Shown here: piece after piece, positions 1 through 8,297 of the stretch
Numbering within the stretch: position 1 is the first letter of the stretch
How the letters are laid out: every line of letters starts with the position of its first letter
NCBI GenBank assembly: GCA_902797555.1
Contig: CADBTM010000030.1
Span: 1 to 42,678, forward strand
From: Oscillospiraceae bacterium
GTDB taxonomy: Bacteria; Bacillota; Clostridia; Oscillospirales; Butyricicoccaceae
Length of the DNA stretch: 42,678 bases
Reading direction: 5' to 3'
Notes under the pieces: generated by a model
Told to the model about the DNA's origin: nothing
Databases searched by the model: none
What the model saw: only the letters and a program-made list of their open reading frames with translations
Program-made: the position numbers and the translations under genes

Positions 1-2
1 TC

Positions 3-557
3 AAGCTGAGCTGGATCTACAACGGCCGCGAGGACATCCAGAACATGACCACCGTGGGACTGCTGTTCCGCGATCTGCCGGTGGGCGTCCGCTTCCGGGA
101 TGACGACACCCTGCGCAACGTCTTTGCCGACGTGCACGAGCAGGTGCAGAAGGGCATCGAGCACAGCTGCTATCCCTATGTGGACAGCCGCAATCAGGTG
201 GCCAACGGAGAATCCGCTTATCTGCTTTATCAGCAGGATATCCGCGACATGGGCGGTATGGGCGGCATTGATATCGAGGCGGTGGACGTCCGTCAGAATC
301 AGGCCGCCAGTCAGACCATTCTGGATATGGAGATCCTCGACGGCGCGGAAGGCCTGCAGCTGATGATCGACTATGCCGCCAGCCGCTATGAGGATGCCAG
401 CATCGAACGCTTCAAGGATCTTTATGTAAAGCTGGCGCAGGCCATGGCCACTCACAATTCCCAGTCCGACATCACCATTGGCGAGATCAAGGCCAAGCTG
501 GAGGACAAGAAAAACTTCTTCCAGATCGTCAAGGGCATTTTCAGCAAGAAGATCTGA
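3..557 (+). CDS. C-terminal end of an NRPS-type condensation-domain protein (5' end lies outside the window)
   Basis: The frame is open from the window edge (KLSWIYNGREDIQN precedes the first ATG at 45). The tail ...LQLMIDYAASRYEDASIERFKDLYVKLAQAM resembles the C-terminal motifs of condensation domains. TGA stop at 555-557. Confidence 0.5.
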   Translation, partial: KLSWIYNGREDIQNMTTVGLLFRDLPVGVRFRDDDTLRNVFADVHEQVQKGIEHSCYPYVDSRNQVANGESAYLLYQQDIRDMGGMGGIDIEAVDVRQNQAASQTILDMEILDGAEGLQLMIDYAASRYEDASIERFKDLYVKLAQAMATHNSQSDITIGEIKAKLEDKKNFFQIVKGIFSKKI

Positions 558-696
558 TGACGGCAGGGAAAGATACTACAATCGGCAGTTTTCCCCCGGA
601 AACCATGCGCGCCGGAAAGCCGCTCCGCCGGGATGGCGGCAAGGCGGTTTTCCGGAAGGCGTCCGCGTCCGGCGGAGAGAAAGGAGCGGACAAACC

Positions 697-2043
697 TTGA
701 ACAATTCCAATCAGGATCAGGAGCTGTCCCAGAATTTTAATTTCTGGTCGCTGCTGAAATTCGTGGCACCCAGCATTTTCACCTTTGTCTTTATCGCGGT
801 CTACCAGATGGTGGACGGCCTCTTTATCGAACGGTATGTGGGGGAGATGGCCATCTCTGCCATCAACCTGTACTTTCCCATCGTTTCGCTTTTTGTCGCT
901 GTGGGCATCATGATCGGCACTGGCGGCAACGCGGTGATCGTGAAAAAGGTGGGGGAAGGCCGACACAAGGAGGCGGGAGAGACCTTTTCCCGGGTGATGA
1001 GCTTTACTGTTCTGTTGGGTATCGTGTTTACCGTTTTGTGCCTCGTGTTCGCAAACCCCATCATGCGGCTGTGCGGCGCCACCGACGGCACCATCGAATA
1101 CCTTCGCCCCTACTATATGACGCTGTCCAGCTTTTCCATCGCCATACTGCTTCAGTCCGAACTGGGCATCCTTATCATCGGTGAGGGCAAAACCGTGGTG
1201 GCCGCCGTGGTGATCATGGTGGGCGGCGTGCTCAACTGCGTGCTGGACTATGTGTTTATGAAGCATCTGCACATGGGCATCCGGGGCGCAGCCATCGCCA
1301 CCGTCATCGGCTATTGCAGCACCATCCTGTATGCCATCTGGTTTTACGTCATCGCCCGGAAAAGCTCCTACAAGCTGGAGCTGGCCAAGCCCGATCTGAA
1401 GGAGATCGGCCAGATCTGCTTCAACGGATCGTCTGATATGGTGTCCAATCTCGCCCAGGGCGTTACGGTGCTGTTCTGCAACCATCTGGCCTTTCGCTGC
1501 TACGGAGAGATCGGCGTCAGCGCCCTGACGGTGGTCACCTATGTCCAGACGCTGATCCTGATGGTGTTCATGGGCTTTACCTCGGCGGTAGAGCCGGTGT
1601 TCTCCTATCATTACGGCAGCGGCAACGTGGAAATGCGGAAAAAGGTCTATCGCCTCAGCATGCTTTGGAACGTGGTGCTGGGCGCGGCGACCATGGTGGT
1701 GCTCTTCTTCCTGCGAAAACCCTTCACGGGCATCTTCTTCCAGCCCGGAACGGAGTTTTACACCATCGCAGAGTACGGCATCCTGCTGTCTCTCCCTGCA
1801 TGCGTGTTTGCGGGGATCAGCATTTTCGGCTCGGGACTGTTCACTGCCTTTTCCAACGGGCTGGTGTCCGGCGTGCTCTCCTTTATCCGCACCTTTGTGG
1901 TGCTCACCGCCTGCCTCTACGGCTTGACTGCCCTGTGGGGCGGCACCGGACTCTGGCTGGCATGGCCGGCTGCCGAGCTGCTCAGCGTGATCGTCACCTT
2001 TGCCGCCCTGCGGCACTATCGGGATCGCTATCAGTACATGTGA
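697..2043 (+). CDS. MATE-family multidrug/metabolite efflux transporter
   Basis: TTG start 8 nt after AAAGGAG. About 12 hydrophobic segments. The N-terminus (LLKFVAPSIFTFVFIAVYQMVDGLFIERYVGEMAISAINL) is typical of MATE proteins. The part of the 478..2043 ORF upstream of 697 is Arg/Pro-rich junk. Confidence 0.8.
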   Translation: MNNSNQDQELSQNFNFWSLLKFVAPSIFTFVFIAVYQMVDGLFIERYVGEMAISAINLYFPIVSLFVAVGIMIGTGGNAVIVKKVGEGRHKEAGETFSRVMSFTVLLGIVFTVLCLVFANPIMRLCGATDGTIEYLRPYYMTLSSFSIAILLQSELGILIIGEGKTVVAAVVIMVGGVLNCVLDYVFMKHLHMGIRGAAIATVIGYCSTILYAIWFYVIARKSSYKLELAKPDLKEIGQICFNGSSDMVSNLAQGVTVLFCNHLAFRCYGEIGVSALTVVTYVQTLILMVFMGFTSAVEPVFSYHYGSGNVEMRKKVYRLSMLWNVVLGAATMVVLFFLRKPFTGIFFQPGTEFYTIAEYGILLSLPACVFAGISIFGSGLFTAFSNGLVSGVLSFIRTFVVLTACLYGLTALWGGTGLWLAWPAAELLSVIVTFAALRHYRDRYQYM

Positions 2044-2077
2044 TCCATCCCAAATCAAGCAAAACGGAGGAACTTCC

Positions 2078-5000
2078 ATGAACACTTTGAAAAAAGCCGT
2101 ATGCATCCTTTTGACCGCCGCCATCTTTGCGCTGGGGGCGGTCAGCCCCATCTTTGCCGCCGGGACTGCCCAGCAGCCGGAGGTGGAGGACATCCTCGCC
2201 TCCATGACGACGGAGGAAAAGGTCTCCCAGCTGCTTATGCCCGCCTTCCGCTATACGATCGACGGGGAAGGAAAGACCCAGGGCATGACCGTGCTGACCG
2301 ACGAGGCCGCCGACATGATCCGGGAATACGGCTTTGCCGGCGTGATCCTGTTCGCACAGAACGCCGGAGACACCGCCAAGGCGGTGCAGTATGTGGACGA
2401 CGCCCAGCGGGCAAACGCCGGACACAAAACCCAGCTTCTCGTGGCCATCGACCAGGAGGGCGGCTCGGTGACCCGCCTGGGACACGGCACGATGATGCCG
2501 GGCAATATGGCGCTGGGCGCGGCGGGCGATACAGCCCTCACCGCCGAGGCCGCCAGGATCATGGGCGAGGAGATCATGAGCATGGGCATCAACTTTGACT
2601 TTGCCCCCGTGCTCGACGTCAACAGTAACCCCGCCAACCCGGTGATCGGTCTGCGCTCCTTCTCCGACGACCCCGAGACCGTCGCGGCGCAGGGCGTCGC
2701 CTTTATGCAGGCGCTGCAGTCCACCGGGGCGATCTCCACCCTCAAGCATTTCCCCGGCCACGGCGATACGGCCACCGACAGCCACACCGGACTGCCCTGC
2801 ATCGACAAAAGCTATGAGGAGCTGCGGGCACGGGAGCTCGTTCCCTTCCAGGCGGCCATCGACGCCGGGGCGGAGGCCATCATGACGGCCCACATCCAAT
2901 ATCCCCGGATCGAGCAGACCACCTACGTCTCCAAGCTCACCGGCGAGGAGATCACCCTTCCCGCCACCCTGTCCAGGACCATCCTCACCGATATCCTGCG
3001 GGGCGAGATGGGCTTTGAGGGCGTCGTCATCACCGACGCCATGAACATGGACGCCATCGACAAGCATTTTGACAAATACGACGCGGCAAAGCTGGCCATC
3101 GAGGCGGGCGTGGACATCCTGCTCATGCCGGTGAACGTCACCACCGCCGAAGGCATGGACGAGCTGCGCACCTATATCCGCACGCTTGCGGATATGGTGG
3201 AGAGCGGCGCGATCTCCAAGGAAAAGGTGGACGCCGCTGTGAAACGCGTGCTCACGCTCAAGGCCGACCACGGTCTGACCCGGCCCTATGGCGGCACGGA
3301 CGCCGCGGCCTCTGCCGTCGTCGGCAGCACAGAGCACCACGAGGTTGAGTGGAACATTGCGAAAAAAGCCATCACCCTTGTGAAAAATGAAAACAATCTC
3401 CTTCCTCTCACCGGCAAAAACGAAAAGGTTGTCGTGCTCACCGCCTATGACAACGAGGTGCTCAGCATGGAATATGCCGTCGGACGCCTGCGGGAGGAAA
3501 ACAAGCTGGCCGACGGCATGGAGGTGACCGTGCATTCCATCCAGAGGATCCCCGCGGAGGAGGCGGTGGCCCTTACCCAAGGGGCGGATCACGTCATCCT
3601 TATCGTGGAGCTGTATTCCGCCGCCGGGCTGAACGGCGACGCCGCGAAAAAGGCGGACGCCATCATCGACAGCGTTCACGCTTCTGGCGGCGACGTGAGC
3701 ATCATGAGCTGCAATCTCCCCTATGATATCGCCCGGTACGAGGCTGCCGACGCCATCTGCGTCGCGTGGTCGTCCAAGGGCATGAGCGAGGATCCCCGGG
3801 TGACCGACGGCGCCGCGGCGCAGTACGGCCCCAACATGCCGGCGGCGCTTTATCTGATGCTGTCCCCCGACGAGACGCCCACGGGCACCCTCCCGGTGAA
3901 CATCCCCAAGCTGACGGCGGAGGGCGGCTATTCCGACGAGATCCGCTATGCCCGGGGCTTTGGCCTGAAATACGTTCAGCTGAGCGATTTTCCCGATGTG
4001 AATGCCGACGCATGGTATGGAGACAGCGTGCGCTACGTCCTGCGGAAGGGCATTATGACGGGATACGGCGACGGCACCTTTGCCCCCGAGAGCGCCCTCA
4101 CCCGTGCCCAGCTTGCCACGGTGCTGTGGCGCATGGCCGGCGAGCCGGAGAGCGAGAGCGCGATCCCCTTTGCCGACGGAAACGCAGACGCGTGGTACGC
4201 TCCCGCGATCCGCTGGGCTACGTCGGAAGCCATCGTCTCCGGCGTGTCCGATACCGTCTTTGCGCCGGATGATCCGGTGACCCGGGAACAGGCGGCCACC
4301 ATCCTCTATCGCTATGCAAAGGCCGAGGCACAGGACACATCTGCGCTGGCGGGCTTTGCCGACAGCGGGGCGATCTCCGATTGGGCATGGGATGCCATGG
4401 CCTGGGCCGCCGGGGAGGGCATTTTCCTCGGTGCGAACGGCAGGCTGCTTCCCAAAGACGCGCTCACCCGCGCCCAGGCGGCCGCCATCCTGCAGCGTTT
4501 TGCCGCGTCCTCTGCTGACGAGTCGATCCCCATCCGGACGGTAAAAACCGACGCCTTTTCCATGGACTATTTTTCCTTTGGCCATGGGGAAAAGACGCTG
4601 GTCATCCTTCCCGGACTGAGCGTGCAGAGCGTCATGGCGTCGGCGGATGCCGTTGCCGAGGCCTATCAGCCGCTGACGGATGCATTTACCATCTACGTAT
4701 TTGACCGCCGGAACGAGCTTCCCGCGACCTACTCTGTTTCCCAAATGGCGCAGGACACGGCAGAGGCCCTTGAGACGCTGGGGCTGGAGCAGGTGAATCT
4801 GTTCGGCGCATCCCAGGGCGGCATGATGGCTCTGGAGATCGCCATCCATCATCCCCAGCTGGTGCGCAGACTGGCGCTGGGCTCCACCTCCGCCGAGATC
4901 ACCCCGGAGCAGTTCGGGACGATCGACAACTGGATCGGTCTGGCGCGGGAAAAGGACGCCGAGGGACTGTACCTCGCCTTTGGCGAAGCCCTCTATCCCA

Positions 5001-5323
5001 CGGAGGTGTTTGAACAGTCCCGGGAGCTTCTGTGCGCGCTTGCCGCGACCGTCACCGACGAGGACCTTGCCCGCTTTGTCATTCTGGCAGAGGGAATGCG
5101 GGGCTTTTCCGCGGACGATGTGGAAAAGATCTCCTGCCCCGTGCTGATCCTCGGATCGTCGGACGACCGGGTACTGGGCGGAGACGCCTCCAAACAGATC
5201 GCGCAGCGCCTCAGCGGGCACACCGAGACAGAGCTCTTCCTGTACGACGGCTACGGCCATGCCGTATACGATACCGCCCCGGATTACAAGGATCGCCTCT
5301 CCCGCTTTTTCCTCGGGGAATGA
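2078..5323 (+). CDS. Secreted GH3 beta-N-acetylhexosaminidase/glucosidase-like enzyme fused to three SLH repeats and a C-terminal alpha/beta-hydrolase (esterase) domain
   Basis: ATG follows GGAGG. Signal peptide MNTLKKAVCILLTAAIFALGAVSPIFAAG. GH3 motifs KHFPGHGDT and VITDAMNMDAI. Three SLH repeats at about 3980-4505 (DVNADAWYG...TRAQLATVLWR; NADAWYAPAIRWA...TREQAATILYR; ISDWAWDAMAWA...TRAQAAAILQR). Hydrolase domain at about 4530-5320 with GASQGG nucleophile elbow, SSDD and GYGHAV. Confidence 0.85.
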   Translation: MNTLKKAVCILLTAAIFALGAVSPIFAAGTAQQPEVEDILASMTTEEKVSQLLMPAFRYTIDGEGKTQGMTVLTDEAADMIREYGFAGVILFAQNAGDTAKAVQYVDDAQRANAGHKTQLLVAIDQEGGSVTRLGHGTMMPGNMALGAAGDTALTAEAARIMGEEIMSMGINFDFAPVLDVNSNPANPVIGLRSFSDDPETVAAQGVAFMQALQSTGAISTLKHFPGHGDTATDSHTGLPCIDKSYEELRARELVPFQAAIDAGAEAIMTAHIQYPRIEQTTYVSKLTGEEITLPATLSRTILTDILRGEMGFEGVVITDAMNMDAIDKHFDKYDAAKLAIEAGVDILLMPVNVTTAEGMDELRTYIRTLADMVESGAISKEKVDAAVKRVLTLKADHGLTRPYGGTDAAASAVVGSTEHHEVEWNIAKKAITLVKNENNLLPLTGKNEKVVVLTAYDNEVLSMEYAVGRLREENKLADGMEVTVHSIQRIPAEEAVALTQGADHVILIVELYSAAGLNGDAAKKADAIIDSVHASGGDVSIMSCNLPYDIARYEAADAICVAWSSKGMSEDPRVTDGAAAQYGPNMPAALYLMLSPDETPTGTLPVNIPKLTAEGGYSDEIRYARGFGLKYVQLSDFPDVNADAWYGDSVRYVLRKGIMTGYGDGTFAPESALTRAQLATVLWRMAGEPESESAIPFADGNADAWYAPAIRWATSEAIVSGVSDTVFAPDDPVTREQAATILYRYAKAEAQDTSALAGFADSGAISDWAWDAMAWAAGEGIFLGANGRLLPKDALTRAQAAAILQRFAASSADESIPIRTVKTDAFSMDYFSFGHGEKTLVILPGLSVQSVMASADAVAEAYQPLTDAFTIYVFDRRNELPATYSVSQMAQDTAEALETLGLEQVNLFGASQGGMMALEIAIHHPQLVRRLALGSTSAEITPEQFGTIDNWIGLAREKDAEGLYLAFGEALYPTEVFEQSRELLCALAATVTDEDLARFVILAEGMRGFSADDVEKISCPVLILGSSDDRVLGGDASKQIAQRLSGHTETELFLYDGYGHAVYDTAPDYKDRLSRFFLGE

Positions 5324-5391
5324 GGCAAACTCCCTATCGGGTACCATACACACCGGAGCAAACCGGGCAGGCGCAGGGAGGAACGAAACCG

Positions 5392-6678
5392 ATGAAAACG
5401 GCACTGATCCAGATGAAGGTAGGCCCGGACAAGGAGGCAAACCTGAAAACCGCCGGACACCTTGTGCGTCAGGCCGGGGAAAACGGGGCGCGGATCGTCG
5501 TCCTCCCGGAGATGTTTTGCTGCCCCTACGACAACCGCTGTTTTCCCGCCTATGCCGAGCCAAAGGGCGGAAGGGTGTATACGGCGCTGGGACAGATGGC
5601 CAAAAGCGCCGGCGTCACGCTGGTGGGAGGCTCCTTTCCCGAGCGGGACGGAGATCTGCTCTACAACACCTGCTTTGTTTTTGATCCGGAGGGGCGGGAG
5701 ATCGCCCGGCACAGAAAGGCCCATCTCTTTGACATCGACGTGGAGGGCGGCCAGCGCTTTCACGAATCGGAGGTGTTCACCCCCGGCGACCGGGTGACGG
5801 TCTTTTCGGCGGAAGGGCATATCTTCGGCCTTGCCATTTGCTTTGATATCCGCTTTGCCGAGCTGTTCCGGTGCATGAGTCTGGCGGGGGCGGAGGCGAT
5901 TTTTGTCCCCGCGGCGTTCAATATGACCACCGGCCCCATGCACTGGGAGCTCAGCTTTCGCATGCGGGCGGTGGACAACCAGCTGTTCACCCTGGGCTGC
6001 GCCCCCGCGCGGGACGAGGCCGCGTCTTATGTCTCCTACGCAAACTCCATCGTATGCTCCCCGTGGGGAAGGGTGCTGGAGGGGGCGGGAACGGAGGAAA
6101 CCGTGCTGTACGCCGAGCTTGACCTTGAGGAAACCCGCCGGGTGCGGGCGCAGCTCCCCATTCTCAGCGCCCTGCGGCCGGAGCTGTATGAAAGAGGCGT
6201 CGGACCCGTCATCCGGGAGATCCGCCCCTCCGACGACAGGGCGGTGGAGGGCGTGATCCGCAGCTGTCTCATCGAGTTTGGCGCAGCCCATGATGGAACG
6301 GCGTGGGCGGATCCCGATCTGGGTCGGTTTTCCCGGATCTACCGCACCGAGGGAAATCGGTATTGGGTGGCCGAAGACGAGGCGGGCGAGATCGTCGGCG
6401 GCGTGGGGATCGGCAGGCTTTCGGGCGCCGACGACCTGTGTGAGCTGCAAAAAATGTACTGTCTTCCCCGTGCCCGGGGGACGGGCATCGCCCATCGGCT
6501 GATGGACACCGCGCTGGAATATGCGGGAAAGTACTATCGCCGCTGCTATCTGGAGACCCTTCCCAACATGACGGCGGCACAGCGGTTTTACGAAAAATAC
6601 GGCTTTGTCCGGGTTGCCGACCCGCCGGTGAAAACCGAGCATTTTGCCTGCGACGTGCGGTATCTCAAAACCCTTTGA
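5392..6678 (+). CDS. Carbon-nitrogen hydrolase (nitrilase/omega-amidase superfamily) fused to a C-terminal GNAT N-acetyltransferase domain
   Basis: ATG preceded by GGGAGGAAC. Elements of the CN-hydrolase Glu-Lys-Cys triad: VVLPEMF, HRKAHLF, GLAICFDIRF. GNAT part from about 6208 (IVGGVGIGRL...LQKMYCLPRARGTGIAHRLM...AQRFYEKYGF). Confidence 0.85.
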   Translation: MKTALIQMKVGPDKEANLKTAGHLVRQAGENGARIVVLPEMFCCPYDNRCFPAYAEPKGGRVYTALGQMAKSAGVTLVGGSFPERDGDLLYNTCFVFDPEGREIARHRKAHLFDIDVEGGQRFHESEVFTPGDRVTVFSAEGHIFGLAICFDIRFAELFRCMSLAGAEAIFVPAAFNMTTGPMHWELSFRMRAVDNQLFTLGCAPARDEAASYVSYANSIVCSPWGRVLEGAGTEETVLYAELDLEETRRVRAQLPILSALRPELYERGVGPVIREIRPSDDRAVEGVIRSCLIEFGAAHDGTAWADPDLGRFSRIYRTEGNRYWVAEDEAGEIVGGVGIGRLSGADDLCELQKMYCLPRARGTGIAHRLMDTALEYAGKYYRRCYLETLPNMTAAQRFYEKYGFVRVADPPVKTEHFACDVRYLKTL

Positions 6679-6689
6679 CCGGAAAAACG

Positions 6690-6745
6690 AAAAAAACAAG
6701 CTCCCGGCTGCCGGATCCCGGCCTGCCGAGGGCTTGTATTTTTTG
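6690..6745. terminator. Probable bidirectional terminator between convergent genes
   Basis: An A-run (6685-6695), a GC-rich imperfect hairpin (ACAAGC...GCTTGT arms at 6696-6701 / 6732-6737) and a T-run (6739-6744). Confidence 0.45.
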
Positions 6746-6755
6746 TGTGAGCGTG

Positions 6756-8042
6756 TCAGATCGTCCGCGCCGCTCTGCCTTGGATGTATTTTTCCCGGAT
6801 GCTGTCCCGATCCATCCCCAGATAGACCGCCCGCTCCAGACGGTCCTGCACCGAAAGGGGCTGGGGATGGGGGTAGGTGGAATCGTCCAGCACCACGGCG
6901 TCCAGCTCGTATCCGGGCTCAAAGCTTCCCACCTGCCCGAAAAACGATCCGCCGCCCTTGGTGGCCAGATAAAAGCTCTCCGCAAAGGTCAGGGGCTTTG
7001 CCTGGGGGTCGACGAGCCGCCAATAGAGCTTGGAGACCTGCACCGCGTCGGTAACGGCGCGGAACATGGACTCGGTCTGCCCGCCGGCCACGTCGCTGCC
7101 CAGACCGATCCGAAGCGTCCGGTCGAGGTATTTGCGGATGGGGGCGATGCCCGACGCCACGTTCATGTTGGAATTGGGGCAGTGGGCGACCCACACGCCG
7201 TTTTTTCGGAGAAGGTCGATCTCCTCTTCGGAGGAATAGACGCAGTGGGCCATCACGGTGCGGCTCTCGCCGCCAAACAGGCCGTAGCGGGCATAGCCCT
7301 CTCCGTAAAAGGCGGCGTCCGGCATAAGCCGGTGCACCAGTTCCACCTCTCCGGGGTTTTCCGACAGATGGGACTGCACCGGCAGGGCATAGTCCCGCCG
7401 CACCCTGGAGAGCGCCTCCAGCAGCGCGTCGCTGCAGCTGGGGATAAAGCGGGGGGTCAGAATGGGAAAGGTGCGGGTATAGGCGCGCTCCCGCGCCTCC
7501 TCCACAAAGCGGACGGTGTCCTGCGCGGCACGTCCCTCGCCGGGCTCGGTGAGCTCGGGCGGCGCGTCCCGATCCATGTTGACCTTTCCCACATAGCTGA
7601 CGATCCCCGTCCGCTCCATCCGATCCATCAGACAGAGGGTCGCCTCCCGGTGGATGGTGGCAAAGATCACCGCGCGGGTGGTGGCGCTTTTTTCCAGCGC
7701 GTCGGCAAACAGGCCGTAGGCGGTTTGCGCATAGGCGGGATCCGCGTATTTCATCTCCTCCGGAAAGGCGCGCATCTTCAGCCAGTCCAGCAGCTCATAG
7801 TCCATCCCCGTCCCGCGATAGGCAAACTGGGGCGCGTGGATGTGCAGATCCACCATCCCCGGCACGATCAGGCAGTCGTCCCAGTCGTGCACCGGAAGGT
7901 GGGCATATTGGGGAGGAATCTGCGCAAAAATGCCGCCGCTGCGGCCGTCTTCGCACAGAAGATAGGCATTCTCGTGCACCTCAAGCCTGCCCAATACGGG
8001 CGTGTGGCACAGGTTTCCTTTCAGAAAAAAGCGATGTTCCAT
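6756..8042 (-). CDS. guaD: Guanine deaminase (amidohydrolase superfamily)
   Basis: PGMVDLHIHAPQFAYRGTGMDYELLDWLKMRAFPEE and SHLSENPGEVE match the metal-binding motifs of E. coli-type GuaD. I prefer the start at MEHRFF (GAGGAG RBS) over the upstream ATG at 8057. Confidence 0.75.
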   Translation of the reverse strand: MEHRFFLKGNLCHTPVLGRLEVHENAYLLCEDGRSGGIFAQIPPQYAHLPVHDWDDCLIVPGMVDLHIHAPQFAYRGTGMDYELLDWLKMRAFPEEMKYADPAYAQTAYGLFADALEKSATTRAVIFATIHREATLCLMDRMERTGIVSYVGKVNMDRDAPPELTEPGEGRAAQDTVRFVEEARERAYTRTFPILTPRFIPSCSDALLEALSRVRRDYALPVQSHLSENPGEVELVHRLMPDAAFYGEGYARYGLFGGESRTVMAHCVYSSEEEIDLLRKNGVWVAHCPNSNMNVASGIAPIRKYLDRTLRIGLGSDVAGGQTESMFRAVTDAVQVSKLYWRLVDPQAKPLTFAESFYLATKGGGSFFGQVGSFEPGYELDAVVLDDSTYPHPQPLSVQDRLERAVYLGMDRDSIREKYIQGRAARTI

Positions 8043-8187
8043 AGGGCGTCTCCTCATCGTGGGGGCGTTTTTCTTATGCTTTTATGATAGCGAAAAACGA
8101 AAACGATTTCAATATCCCCGTTGTGAACAATGGGGAAGAAAACAGGTTCTTCTTTAATAGCAGGGGAAAGTGCCTGCCGCCCGGAGA

Positions 8188-8216
8188 TTGATTTCCTCTG
8201 AACGGTCTTTTATAAT
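8188..8216 (+). promoter_or_regulatory. Sigma-A-type promoter for the 8298 gene
   Basis: TTGATT (8188-8193), 17-nt spacer, TATAAT (8211-8216). Confidence 0.45.
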
Positions 8217-8297
8217 ATAGACATGATTCGGAATCATAACGTTTGTCGGCTCTCCTGTCCTCTCCCGGCAGACAGCTGACAAAGAAGGAGCTTGCGT

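Noticed and set aside
1994-5563. Very long ORFs antisense to real genes: 541..2205(-), 1994..5563(-, 1189 aa), 6675..8087(+), 8154..9533(-), 9305..11644(+), 11181..14816(+, 1211 aa), 17705..20488(+), 19615..21459(+), 22865..25672(-), 30257..33169(+), 33421..37065(+, 1214 aa), 38963..40687(-).
   Set aside because: Their translations are monotonous Gly/Arg/Ala/His/Asp/Pro-rich strings with no motifs, no RBS-linked starts and no hydrophobic-core periodicity. Each lies exactly opposite a gene with clear family motifs. This is the expected shadow-ORF effect in GC-rich DNA, where stop codons are rare in the antisense frame.
8043-8297. Guanine/adenine (purine) riboswitch upstream of guaD or of the membrane protein.
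   Set aside because: I could not find the conserved purine-aptamer cores (the UAUAAU...AUAUGG...UUUCUACC...CCGUAAA type junctions and loops) on either strand.
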